Assembly: GCA_023488905.1 (NCBI GenBank)
Contig: JAMDCQ010000010.1
Span: forward strand, 12 to 64,011
DNA: 64,000 bases
Direction: 5' to 3'
Source: Candidatus Bathyarchaeota archaeon
Lineage (GTDB): Archaea; Thermoproteota; Bathyarchaeia; Bathyarchaeales; Bathycorpusculaceae
Shown: positions 47,101 through 55,289 of the stretch, piece after piece
Layout: the number at the start of each line of letters is the position of its first letter
Position numbering within the stretch: the stretch's first letter is position 1
The notes under the pieces: generated by a model
Told to the model about the DNA's origin: nothing
The model's input: the letters and a program-made list of their open reading frames with translations, nothing else
Databases searched by the model: none
Translations under genes and position numbers: made by a program

Positions 47101-48392
47101 ACTTCGTTAAAGGTTGAAATGAAGTCGGTCCCCATGTTGTATGCGGCTGGATCAAAGATTATTGTGTCAGCCAAAGAGTTCAATGCTGAGTCAGAGGGGG
47201 TTTCGCCCAAGTTGTAGGCGACTGTGACAAATTCAGGTGAGGATAAACCACCTGAACCAGCGACCACGGTTTGAATGGCAAAAGCGGTTAGAGCGGCGTT
47301 GTTTTGCTCTGGCGTGTAAGTTAGATAATTCTCAAAGGTCAAAGCACTTGTTAATGCTGTGACGAACGCTTGGCTTGTGGGGTCTCCCGCTAGGAAGGTG
47401 TTGATGTATAGTTGGTTTGTTTGGGTTGAAGCTGCGGTGGCTCGCTCAAGCGGGGTCCATGTGGCGGTTTGGGGGTCTGAGAAACTTTGAGTCCATGCAC
47501 CGTAGAAAGCATCCAGCAACTGTGAGGTGTACAGTGTGAATGCTTCTGGGTCGGCTTGTTGGAGGGTAGTGGCGGTTTGTTGGTAAGCGATCTGGTTAGA
47601 TTGGCCTACGTCGACTGTTTGGCTGTATGTTTGGGTCCAAACGTCTAGGAAAATGGCGGGGCCGCCGTAGAGGATATTGTAGGTTAAGTTCCCGTTTTGT
47701 AGCGCGACAAATACGCCTTGATTGCTTTGGTTGAGGCCATCCACAAGTTGGAGATGCGTCTGGTTGTATGCGGTTGCCCAAACGGTGCTGTAAGCGGCTG
47801 GAACACCGTAGAGTAGGCTGTAGGTCATGTTGGCGTTTTCCATAAGCGTGTAAACGCCTTGGTTGGTTTGGCTGATGCCTGATGTTAATTGTTCTTTGGC
47901 TGTGTTGTAAGCCTGGTACCAGACGTTGGAGTATATGGTTGGGACACTGTAGAGTAAATTGTAGGTCAAGTTTCCGCCATAGTAGGCGGCGTAAACTCCT
48001 TCGTTGGTTTGATTAAGTGCGGGGATTAGAATTGTGTAGACGCTGGTTATGTTTTTTATTCCAGTTACGCTGGAGCTGCCGTTTATGGCGTCTGATAATT
48101 CTTTTATAAATTGTTGAGTTGCCAGTGACGAGGCGTCACGGGTGGAGATTACGATAACCAGTGAATCGTTGGATACTGATTTCTTGAATTGCGCAGAGAT
48201 TATGTCTTCTGCTAGGGCGGATTCTTGGTTGCTGTCGGTTGATGCCTCCATGTTTAAGGAGGAGACACCTGTAGCTGTTGCTACTATAGGTAAGATGATT
48301 GCCAAAAGCAGTATCCAGACACCGAGTATGGCCCACTTACGTTTAGTAATTGTGTGGCCGAGCTTTGAGAAGGCGTTATTTCCGTTAGCCAA
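44193..48392 (-). CDS. MMPL/RND-superfamily transporter with a ~750-aa repeat-rich extracytoplasmic insertion
   Basis: 1399 aa. Two MMPL-type 6-TM bundles (GVGTDYSIFIVARHREE, GLGMDYNIFILTRIREE). The first loop carries 3 x ~45-aa and 3 x ~160-aa repeats. Confidence 0.85.
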   Translation of the reverse strand: MANGNNAFSKLGHTITKRKWAILGVWILLLAIILPIVATATGVSSLNMEASTDSNQESALAEDIISAQFKKSVSNDSLVIVISTRDASSLATQQFIKELSDAINGSSSVTGIKNITSVYTILIPALNQTNEGVYAAYYGGNLTYNLLYSVPTIYSNVWYQAYNTAKEQLTSGISQTNQGVYTLMENANMTYSLLYGVPAAYSTVWATAYNQTHLQLVDGLNQSNQGVFVALQNGNLTYNILYGGPAIFLDVWTQTYSQTVDVGQSNQIAYQQTATTLQQADPEAFTLYTSQLLDAFYGAWTQSFSDPQTATWTPLERATAASTQTNQLYINTFLAGDPTSQAFVTALTSALTFENYLTYTPEQNNAALTAFAIQTVVAGSGGLSSPEFVTVAYNLGETPSDSALNSLADTIIFDPAAYNMGTDFISTFNEVAYTQTAAILQQADPASYDQYTAPLLYVFNATWVGTFQNPETQALPTAVRASFAANITNQQYINTALAGNATMKAFVTALTQAFTLDHFMYNTQEQNNAQLCDFSVNYVANQANSAPSFVRAAYDLGKSPSSFALSYLANEVIWYPEQFGMTKFIPTFNSVSYEQTEKILKDIDESSFNDYTSHLLDLFNASWTRRVPTLPIPSPTWINSTASTAADIANAQFIATYLNATETDFANQIASTLKLQDYLNGNTADTNAKIKNLTINYVANESSLSEELVEAIYDMGENATESAIRTLASQVVSNPDAFNIGQPFKSLITSFVSPANDVTLVSITFENSDNANLLAIREIIAEKLVQNPTDVTSAQVTGNDALNYDFGQSTNQDLELILPVTIALLVIATALFFRSIVTPIITLGTIGVGLGVSQIFPYLVGTYLNQVDYTVTTVLLTVLIGVGTDYSIFIVARHREERINKLPLFEAIKKSITWAGESIVTSGATVIISFLALSATSMVMMQTMGIIVGLGVIVTLLASLTVAPALTAILGDRIFWPNSGERFERYAKSIKEKNQRRGGYFARSGAFSVKHGKVIILIAVLVTVPTFYVYATTTPTYNLLGSASGNLESVAASNALTDSFGGGRLMPTYVVVTFENPIVNNGGFNLGEMATLQSMSSGIASSGGIHQVTGPTMPFGEAVDYRTITNETDSTTYSGIIDTIGADNQSALITVQFTVDPYSTEAMNYAQALRDSLHATYDGTANITGIYVDGTTGATLDTRVTFQNQFNQILPIVALGVGLVLFFVLGSLILPVFAVLSVLMSIVWTLAITVVVFQSVFGYGLLFITPLILFVLLLGLGMDYNIFILTRIREEAAKGQSLNDAIVHAVQQTGGIITAAAVILAGSLGALMLSSNMMMKEMGFAFAFSILIDALVVRTYLVPAVMSVFGKWNWYNPIKRLQRIKHFEDNQPQEQPQPEPKIE

Positions 48393-48498
48393 ATAGGGAC
48401 ACTTCCGTTTCTTGATATGGTGATTTTAATCTCAGTAAGGAAAGCATGGCTTCTCTTTAAGATTGCACCGCGTATACTCGGGTTTTCAATAGAAATAT

Positions 48499-49182
48499 AT
48501 GCATTCAAGCAATATTAGGCATATGCGCCGACTCATACTTGAAGCCTCAGAAAAAGAACTACAAAAAGCAGGCATCGAACTCCCCCCGCTGAAAAAAATA
48601 AAAGCCCTCGAACTCCTCTACTTCCTAAGACAAGACGACCACGAACTAGCCACCATCTCACGCATAGAACTCCTCGACCCAACAATGAAAATCCAAGACC
48701 TAAAAGATTCAGGCTTACTCCTCGACGCCCAAATCATTGAGCAAGAAAAAAGCGGCGCCTACATACTTTTCACCCGCACCGCCTCACCCACCTTACAAAA
48801 CGTTCTAAACAACTTGGGCATTGGAGGAGGTTACTTGTTTCCGCCACTGGGCATCGCAGATGGCAAAGTAAGGTTTTCTTTTTTGGGCAACGAGCAGCAG
48901 GTTAAAGATTTTATGGAAAAAATCAATGCCATAGGCATCCATTTCCGCGTGGTTCTGCTTGCAGACGCCAACTTTTCACCCATTTCGCCGCTTAGTCAGC
49001 TAACGGCGAAGCAGCGGGAGGTTTTGCTTGCCGCCTACAAGTACGGCTACTACGATATCCCAAGAAAAATAACCTCCGAAGAGCTGGCAAAAAAGATAGG
49101 GCTCGTGAATTCCACCGTCGTTGAGCATCTACGCAAAGCAGAACAACGCCTAATCAAACAGATAATCGAAAACAAATTCTAG
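48499..49182 (+). CDS. HTH_10 (bacterio-opsin-activator-type) DNA-binding protein
   Basis: C-terminal LTAKQREVLLAAYKYGYYDIPRKITSEELAKKIGLVNSTVVEHLRKAEQRL. Divergent from the MMPL gene. Confidence 0.75.
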   Translation: MHSSNIRHMRRLILEASEKELQKAGIELPPLKKIKALELLYFLRQDDHELATISRIELLDPTMKIQDLKDSGLLLDAQIIEQEKSGAYILFTRTASPTLQNVLNNLGIGGGYLFPPLGIADGKVRFSFLGNEQQVKDFMEKINAIGIHFRVVLLADANFSPISPLSQLTAKQREVLLAAYKYGYYDIPRKITSEELAKKIGLVNSTVVEHLRKAEQRLIKQIIENKF

Positions 49183-49370
49183 CTTTCCCTAAGAACAACC
49201 GCTTTAGCTGGGCACTCCGCCGCGCACAACCCGCAACCGTGACATAAACCCATATCCACCACCGCTGGCTCCCCCTCACCCAACCGAAAAACAGCCTTAA
49301 TCGGGCAAGCCTTGGCGACCGCACATTTCTTGCAGCAGATGCACTTTTCAGGATTGATTATGGCTTTCAT
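49179..49370 (-). CDS. 2x[4Fe-4S] ferredoxin
   Basis: 63 aa with CICCKKCAVAKACP and CHGCGLCAAECP. Confidence 0.8.
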   Translation of the reverse strand: MKAIINPEKCICCKKCAVAKACPIKAVFRLGEGEPAVVDMGLCHGCGLCAAECPAKAVVLRES

Positions 49371-50148
49371 TTTTGGCGGCCTTTAGCAGTTCTTTGAGGG
49401 TTTTGTGGCATTTGCTGCATTCAAACATGGCGTTGCCGCATGAGGGACAAAACAGCTCCTCGCTCAGCAGGCATTCCAGAATCGCCAAAAGCTCCGCTTT
49501 GTTGTGCAAGTCATGTTCGGACTCCACTTTAGGTGCGGGTGGCTCTGTGGGTTTGGGTTTTTCTTCGTTCACTATTTCCTGATAGACCCTTGAGATGCTG
49601 GTTTTTCCTTCTCGGAGCTTCTGTTTTTCGTCTTCACTGGCTTTCTCTAGGATTTTTTTGCCCCGCTCCAGAGTCCGCGCTGAAACACCCGCCTTTTTCG
49701 CTACGACTTCGGTGGCTTTTGATTTGATTTCTGGTTCAGGCAGCGGGTCTGCGTCTTCTTCTTGCGCTAACCCAAGCTGCACGTCACGGCCGTTCTTGCC
49801 GCCTTTTGACTGGCGCTTTTTGGCAAGGGCACGCTCTATCTCCAGCAGCGGAACAGCTAACTCGACAAGTTGAAAGTTGTTTAGGTGCCGACGCCGCAGG
49901 TTGGCTTCTATGACGAATTTTTTTTCGAGGAGTTTGTCGTCGAATTGTTTGACTTCGAAATCTGGTTCTATGCCCAGTTCTGTGCAGGCTCGGAAGCGGT
50001 GGTGTCCGTCGAGGACTTCTAGGTCGCCGTTTACGATTATGGGGTAGTGTTGGCCTTCGGTTTGGATTGATCGTTTGAGTTCAGCGAATTCTTCTTCTGA
50101 CATTTGGGGCAGTAGTTTGTCGTATTCGGGGTTTAAGTGCAGGCTCAT
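49348..50148 (-). CDS. ParB/Srx-fold nuclease-like protein with C-terminal zinc ribbon
   Basis: YPIIVNGDLEVLDGHHRFRAC is the ParB N-terminal domain motif. The C-terminal part has CPSCGN...CSKCHK. Overlaps the ferredoxin gene by 23 nt. Confidence 0.7.
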   Translation of the reverse strand: MSLHLNPEYDKLLPQMSEEEFAELKRSIQTEGQHYPIIVNGDLEVLDGHHRFRACTELGIEPDFEVKQFDDKLLEKKFVIEANLRRRHLNNFQLVELAVPLLEIERALAKKRQSKGGKNGRDVQLGLAQEEDADPLPEPEIKSKATEVVAKKAGVSARTLERGKKILEKASEDEKQKLREGKTSISRVYQEIVNEEKPKPTEPPAPKVESEHDLHNKAELLAILECLLSEELFCPSCGNAMFECSKCHKTLKELLKAAKNESHNQS

Positions 50149-50328
50149 GGGTGTATCGCCTTCTCTTTGTATGAATAATTATTTAAGGTAAGAGGTAAAA
50201 GCACAGTTTTATGCAGCCCGCCGCATCTTTTGAGCCGTCACCCCGTTGAATCGGTAAACCACAAGTATTATTAGATGCAATGTACCCTAATTCTTAATCA
50301 GTTAACCTAATCTCATAATTGCGAGTAA

Positions 50329-50345
50329 AATCGCATAATGCGATT
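50329..50345. promoter_or_regulatory. 17-bp palindrome AATCGCAT-A-ATGCGATT upstream of dnaG, with a further TGCGA half-site at 50320-50324
   Basis: Read directly from the sequence. Lies in the intergenic region between the ParB-like gene and dnaG. Confidence 0.25.
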
Positions 50346-50415
50346 AACATAATCAACCTAAACATAAATAATTTACAGGAGAGTCACACTTACGGGAGCA
50401 TCCCAAACCTTTACT

Positions 50416-51594
50416 ATAAAGTACGTTGTACACGCTAAATTTGATATTGAAGGAGTCGTAGAAAAACCCGACGTCATAGGCGCAGTTTTTGGGCAAACAG
50501 AGGGACTTTTTGGTCCAGAACTCGATTTGCGCGAATTGCAGAAGACTGGGCGCATCGGCAGAATCGAAATCGACTTGCATTCTAAAAATGACCGCACAAA
50601 CGGTTCAATCACCATACCCACCAGCCTTGACCGCGTTTCCACAGCCCTCATAGCCGCAAGCGTTGAGAGCATAAACCGCGTCGGCCCCTGCAGCGCCAAA
50701 GTCAATTTGGAACGCATCGAAGACATCCGCGAAGCCCGCCGAAAAGTCATCATCGACCGCGCCAAAGAAATCTTGCACCGATGGAACATCGAATCCATGC
50801 CCAGCGTGGACGAAGTCTATAAAGAAATCAGCGACACCATGAAAGTCGGCAAAGTCGAAAAATACGGCCCCGAAGACCTACCAGCAGGCCCAGGCTTAGA
50901 GGGCGCCAAAGACATCTTCGTAGTCGAAGGACGCGCAGACGTCATCAACCTCATGCGCTGTGGAATCTTTAACACTGTTGCACTTGAAGGCGCCAAAGTT
51001 CCTGATTCAATTAAGAAAATCACCAAAGAACGCAACGCCACCGCGCTGCTTGACGGCGACAGAGGCGGCGACCTAATCCAAAAAGAGCTGCTGCAAGTCA
51101 CCAACGTCAAATTCATCGGTCGCGCTCCAAGAGGCAAAGAAATCGAGGAATGCAACTGCAAAGAAATCAACGACGCCATCGAAGGCAAAGTTTCAGTTTC
51201 TGAACTCAAAGAGGGTAAACCACAGCAGCAACAGCAAGCACCCCCGCAGCCGCCGGCACCCAAAAAAGTCGCCATCCCCCAACCGCCCAAAATCCAAGTT
51301 CCTGACACCATCAGCCAAGCAGCCAAAGCCCTCGTCGGCACACTCGAAGCAGTCCTGCTCAACGAAAAACTCGAATTAATCGAGCGCCTACCAGTTAGCC
51401 AACTTGCAGAGAAACTTCAACAGATAACAGGCGTTGACACCATCGTCTTCGACGGCATCATCACCCAACGCATCGTAGACATCGCAGCGGACAAATCCAT
51501 CAAACGCATCGTAGCCTCACGCATATCCGAAGCAGTAAAACCAGCACTCAACGTTGCCCTGATAACTTTCCAGCAGGCAATCCCCCCAGCCTAA
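50416..51594 (+). CDS. dnaG: archaeal DnaG (Toprim) primase/exosome-associated protein; start codon non-canonical or mutated
   Basis: KYVVHAKFDIEGVVEKPDVIGAVFGQTEGLFGPELDLRELQKTGRIGRIEI and the Toprim block IFVVEGRADVINL...LLDGDRGGDL are present. The conserved N-terminus begins at an ATA codon (50416). The first ATG/GTG/TTG in frame is the TTG at 50527. Confidence 0.85.
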   Translation: MKYVVHAKFDIEGVVEKPDVIGAVFGQTEGLFGPELDLRELQKTGRIGRIEIDLHSKNDRTNGSITIPTSLDRVSTALIAASVESINRVGPCSAKVNLERIEDIREARRKVIIDRAKEILHRWNIESMPSVDEVYKEISDTMKVGKVEKYGPEDLPAGPGLEGAKDIFVVEGRADVINLMRCGIFNTVALEGAKVPDSIKKITKERNATALLDGDRGGDLIQKELLQVTNVKFIGRAPRGKEIEECNCKEINDAIEGKVSVSELKEGKPQQQQQAPPQPPAPKKVAIPQPPKIQVPDTISQAAKALVGTLEAVLLNEKLELIERLPVSQLAEKLQQITGVDTIVFDGIITQRIVDIAADKSIKRIVASRISEAVKPALNVALITFQQAIPPA

Positions 51595-53975
51595 AAGTAT
51601 TCTGTTAGGCTCTTTGTTTTCTCTTCTTTTGTTATTCGCTCAAGTTCTTTTTGAGTTACTTTGAAGAATTCCAGTATCCTTGCGGCCGCGGGCAAAACTT
51701 GGTTAGTTACGTAGTAGTCAACATCGACTTCTTCGAGTTTGGCGAATACGTGGGGTTTCACGCGGGTGTTAAGCGCCCCTTTCCCAGCTAAAACTACGTA
51801 GCCCACTTTGTCGCCGCTCCCAAGTGTCCAGCCCTTCTCCAGCAACAGTTTCGCCGCCTCCACATGGGGAGCCTTCACCGCATACTGCTCAGGCGGCTTT
51901 GTAAGAGTCTTCCAAATAACAAGGCTATCCAGCGGCACCCTTCTACGGCGCAAATCAGTCACCACCGAATGCACATAGGCAACTGCATTTTTGGGCGATT
52001 GCTCCTTCAAAATAATTTCAAGCACATGCTCCTGCACCTGCTTAGCCACCTCCGCCCAATCCCCCCGAATAACCTCCAAACCCACAATATCCAAGCTACC
52101 GTCTTGGTGTAGACCTGCGTAGCGTTTTTTGGCTTCGGTAAAAAAGATGCGCTTGTAGATTTCACCGATTTCCACGTCGAGCTTGAGTTCAGCTTTTATG
52201 TCCTTTTGCAGTTGGTCGGCTTTGGTTTTGTCGTAGTTGATGAATAAGCTATCCGTGTCGCCATAAACCACGCCTATCCCCGCCCGTTGAGCCATCTGCG
52301 ACGCTGTCAAAATGATGTACCTGCCCCACGCCGATGCGGCTTCAGCGACGGGTTTAATGTACCATCTGGCGCCCACCCACCCAGCGTAACCATAAGCGGC
52401 GTTTGTGAGAATTTTAACTGCTTTTTGGCGTGCATCTAAAACTTGGTATTCGACGGTTTTTGGGTTTAGGGCCCTCATTTTATGGCGTATATTGCCCCTT
52501 ACATCGATTAGGTATGTGAGGGCTTCTTTGTAGAATCCGGGCGGCGACTTACGGAAACGGTACCCCACCTCGGGCGCTTTGTAGGAGCCGCCTTCGGGGT
52601 CAGGCTGGTCTGGTTCAATGTAAGTGTCTGGGGACAGGTTGTAGGTTATCATGATGTTTGGGTACATAGATTTAAAGTCCAAAACGGCGATGTTGTCATG
52701 CAAACCGGGTTTGGGAGAAAGCACTAGCCCCCCGGCATAGGACATGTACTGTTGCTCGAGGCGTCTGGGCACTAATTCGCCGATTTTCTGCGCCAGCTTA
52801 ATCAAGTACCAGTCCACGCGAAAACCAGTCGCCGCCGTCATAACATGATCTAAGGGTAAACTGGTTAAACCCGACATCTGCATGGCAAAGTCAAGCAGCA
52901 ACCCCGCCACTCCGTAGACTCTGCGTGCGCTGTCCAGCGAAAACCGCTCCAACTCAGGCCGCTTCTCAGGGGCATCCCAGTATTCCGCGACCAAAACATC
53001 CTCAACCACACCCTCCCCCACCGAGCCGACTCCTAAGTGCTCAGCAAAGTTAGCAAGAGTTTTCACCTTCACCTCAGGAAACATATCCGAAAAATCAGCC
53101 AAATCCACATTCACAATCCCAGTAACTGAAACGTGACCGTAAACGCTGGTGTGCGGTTCGAAGCCTGCGCGGTCGAAATCCAATTTCAGCTTGTGCTTGT
53201 GGCATCGGGTTTTCAGATAGGTCCAGTCGGTGACGTTTCCGCCGTAGTTTGCGATGATGTCGGGGTCAAATTCTTTGATGTATACGTTGAAGTCCGTGAG
53301 TAGTTGCTTGTCGTTCATGTTTTTGTCGGCGGTAAATTGGTGTTCTTCTCCGTTGCTGGCAACCGTTGAGATTAATACGACGGGGTTTCGGTCAGGTTTA
53401 GGCGTGCCCTCTTGGCTGTAACAAACCATTGAGAAAGCCAACGTCCTCAAACCTGGCACAACTGGACTATCCAGCGGTTTAGGCGGAGAATTTAGAGCAT
53501 AAACCTTAGCTACCCTGACGCCTTGGGTGTTTTGCTCTTCTGCCACTTCTGCTTCATGCCAGCCACAGGGCACAACGCCGTTGTCGATTAGGTAGCGCAT
53601 GGCTGCGCGTATGTCGTCTTCTAGGCAGTCTGATACGCCGTCGAGTTTTCGAAGGGCTTTGGCGACTTGGGCTGTTTTGGTCGAGTTTTTGCAGGTGACT
53701 TTTATAGCGGTGACGGGTTTGCCGAAGAAGCGGCGGCTGACAACCTCTGTTTTGGCTACTTCCCCAGCAGATGCCCTCAGGATTTCCTGCGCGACTGCGT
53801 CGGGGTTAGCGCCTCCATGAAGAACCACATAGAAGTAGGCGGCAAAGTTGCGCTCAACCAACAGCACATGGTTGCCCTCCTGATCGATGCCCCAAAGCCA
53901 CAGCTCAACAGTGTCGTCGTCCACTTTGGGGTTGATGTCGAGCAGCCAAAAAACAAATTTCAAAGCAACCAACAC
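51591..53975 (-). CDS. polB: family B DNA polymerase with degenerate 3'-5' exonuclease motifs
   Basis: Pol motifs DFKSMYPNIMITYNLSPDT, KILTNAAYGYAG and VVYGDTDSLFI are intact. Exo I reads LAFSMV (not FDIE) and Exo III reads FSLDS (not YxxxD). Confidence 0.93.
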   Translation of the reverse strand: MLVALKFVFWLLDINPKVDDDTVELWLWGIDQEGNHVLLVERNFAAYFYVVLHGGANPDAVAQEILRASAGEVAKTEVVSRRFFGKPVTAIKVTCKNSTKTAQVAKALRKLDGVSDCLEDDIRAAMRYLIDNGVVPCGWHEAEVAEEQNTQGVRVAKVYALNSPPKPLDSPVVPGLRTLAFSMVCYSQEGTPKPDRNPVVLISTVASNGEEHQFTADKNMNDKQLLTDFNVYIKEFDPDIIANYGGNVTDWTYLKTRCHKHKLKLDFDRAGFEPHTSVYGHVSVTGIVNVDLADFSDMFPEVKVKTLANFAEHLGVGSVGEGVVEDVLVAEYWDAPEKRPELERFSLDSARRVYGVAGLLLDFAMQMSGLTSLPLDHVMTAATGFRVDWYLIKLAQKIGELVPRRLEQQYMSYAGGLVLSPKPGLHDNIAVLDFKSMYPNIMITYNLSPDTYIEPDQPDPEGGSYKAPEVGYRFRKSPPGFYKEALTYLIDVRGNIRHKMRALNPKTVEYQVLDARQKAVKILTNAAYGYAGWVGARWYIKPVAEAASAWGRYIILTASQMAQRAGIGVVYGDTDSLFINYDKTKADQLQKDIKAELKLDVEIGEIYKRIFFTEAKKRYAGLHQDGSLDIVGLEVIRGDWAEVAKQVQEHVLEIILKEQSPKNAVAYVHSVVTDLRRRRVPLDSLVIWKTLTKPPEQYAVKAPHVEAAKLLLEKGWTLGSGDKVGYVVLAGKGALNTRVKPHVFAKLEEVDVDYYVTNQVLPAAARILEFFKVTQKELERITKEEKTKSLTEYF

Positions 53976-54263
53976 AAAATAACATAAGCAGAAAACCCCT
54001 TTAAACTTTAAAAGAAAACAAGAGAAAACTCAGGCTAGAATATGAAAATCAAAAAGGCTCTGCTATGCAGCTTGCTCATTTTGGTAATCGCTGTATCTGG
54101 CTTGGTGCTGTATCATACACCCAATCGCCCCCAAAACAGCGGAGCCCAAGACGAGGACGAAAGAGTTCTGAACCAAGAAAGCGGCAAATCGTTCAACTAC
54201 GAAGACTGTTGTAACAGGACAGAGGTTGACAGCTTTACTGCCCAAAAAAAGCTAAAATATACA

Positions 54264-54351
54264 TGGTGCAGGGGGTGGGATTCGAACCCACGAACCTCTA
54301 CAGGATAGGCTCCTGAAGCCTACGCCTTTGACCAGGCTCGGCGACCCCTGC
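54264..54351 (-). tRNA. tRNA-Leu (anticodon CAG), CCA encoded
   Basis: Acceptor GCAGGGG/CCCCUGC, anticodon stem UAGGC/GCCUA with loop UUCAGGA, long variable arm, and T arm GUGGG-UUCGAAU-CCCAC. Discriminator A followed by CCA. Confidence 0.85.
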
Positions 54352-54424
54352 ACACAATTGTTGACTATTGAAAAATAATTCTGACTGATAAATATATGCC
54401 GCTGACTGCTGGCGTTCTGCTCGG

Positions 54425-55078
54425 TTGCCAAAGCTTAAATCCCAAAGCAACAGATTGATTGTTCCATGTGGGTTGTCTATGGCTTTGAGTTGGAGAAAAT
54501 GGACTAAAAACGATGTACTCTTCGGCATAATTGTCCCAATAATCGTAGTTTTGCTCATTGTCGGAATCTCTCAAATCACCTTACTTATCGGCTACACCTC
54601 CGAGAGCGCAGGCATACTCATCGGCATAACCATGGAAATCCTCGAACTCACCATAATCGTCGCAGTTCCCCTAATGCTTGGGCTGCTCTGGAATCAATGG
54701 GCTGGCGGCGCATCAGGCTTCATCATGGGCACATTCTACGCCCTATACTGGTCCAACGCGTTTGAGGGCGCTCACGGGTCAGGCACAGTCCTACTTGGAT
54801 ACGTTCTTAGTGCAATGCTCATAGGATACATGGCTGGCGCCTTGAACAAGCGCTCTGACGACTTCCGAAGAATGCTAATCTCAGGCGTAATCGCCACAAC
54901 CATCGGCGGTGTGATGCTCTTTGGAATTTTTCAGCTTTCCACAGCAAACGTCGTAACGGGCTCTGATGGCTTTATTCTAACTCTTCTGCCTCGTATAGCG
55001 GCTGGTGCAATCATACCCGTCCTTGCCAAAGTATTCTTCTGGTACGGTATGGGCGTAAACAAGAAAACAAATCAGTAA
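54425..55078 (+). CDS. hypothetical integral membrane protein
   Basis: 217-aa ORF with about 6 TM helices. Start uncertain. Confidence 0.45.
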   Translation: MPKLKSQSNRLIVPCGLSMALSWRKWTKNDVLFGIIVPIIVVLLIVGISQITLLIGYTSESAGILIGITMEILELTIIVAVPLMLGLLWNQWAGGASGFIMGTFYALYWSNAFEGAHGSGTVLLGYVLSAMLIGYMAGALNKRSDDFRRMLISGVIATTIGGVMLFGIFQLSTANVVTGSDGFILTLLPRIAAGAIIPVLAKVFFWYGMGVNKKTNQ

Positions 55079-55103
55079 CCTTTTCCTTTTTGAGGCTACT
55101 CCT

Positions 55104-55265
55104 GTGAGTTTTGCTGAGTGTGACCAAAAAACCTGCATACACCACAAAAACGGTTACTGTACCCTCAAAGACCCAGAGAAAACTGGGCAATGCTGCCTTG
55201 ACTTCGAGGATGCAATGGATTTTTTGCGGTTGAGGGCTGACGCTGTGAGGGGAACGCTCGGTTAA
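55104..55265 (+). CDS. small Cys-rich hypothetical protein (53 aa, GTG start, not in ORF track)
   Basis: VSFAECDQKTCIHHKNGYCTLKDPEKTGQCCLDFEDAMDFLRLRADAVRGTLG. DUF1540-like spacing of cysteines. Weak support. Confidence 0.2.
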   Translation: MSFAECDQKTCIHHKNGYCTLKDPEKTGQCCLDFEDAMDFLRLRADAVRGTLG

Positions 55266-55289
55266 GCACTTGAGTGGGTGCGACGTTAG

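Noticed and set aside
50149-50367. Replication origin between the ParB-like gene and dnaG
   Set aside because: Only short palindromes are present. There are no ORB-like long repeats, AT-rich unwinding element or adjacent orc1/cdc6 gene, so the evidence is insufficient.
50373-51362. 141-aa and 181-aa minus-strand ORFs (50373-50798, 50817-51362)
   Set aside because: Both are antisense to the strongly conserved dnaG coding sequence, and their composition is low-complexity.
54042-54308. 88-aa ORF with an N-terminal hydrophobic segment
   Set aside because: Its 3' end overlaps the tRNA-Leu gene on the opposite strand. A shorter real peptide cannot be excluded, but I have no support for one.
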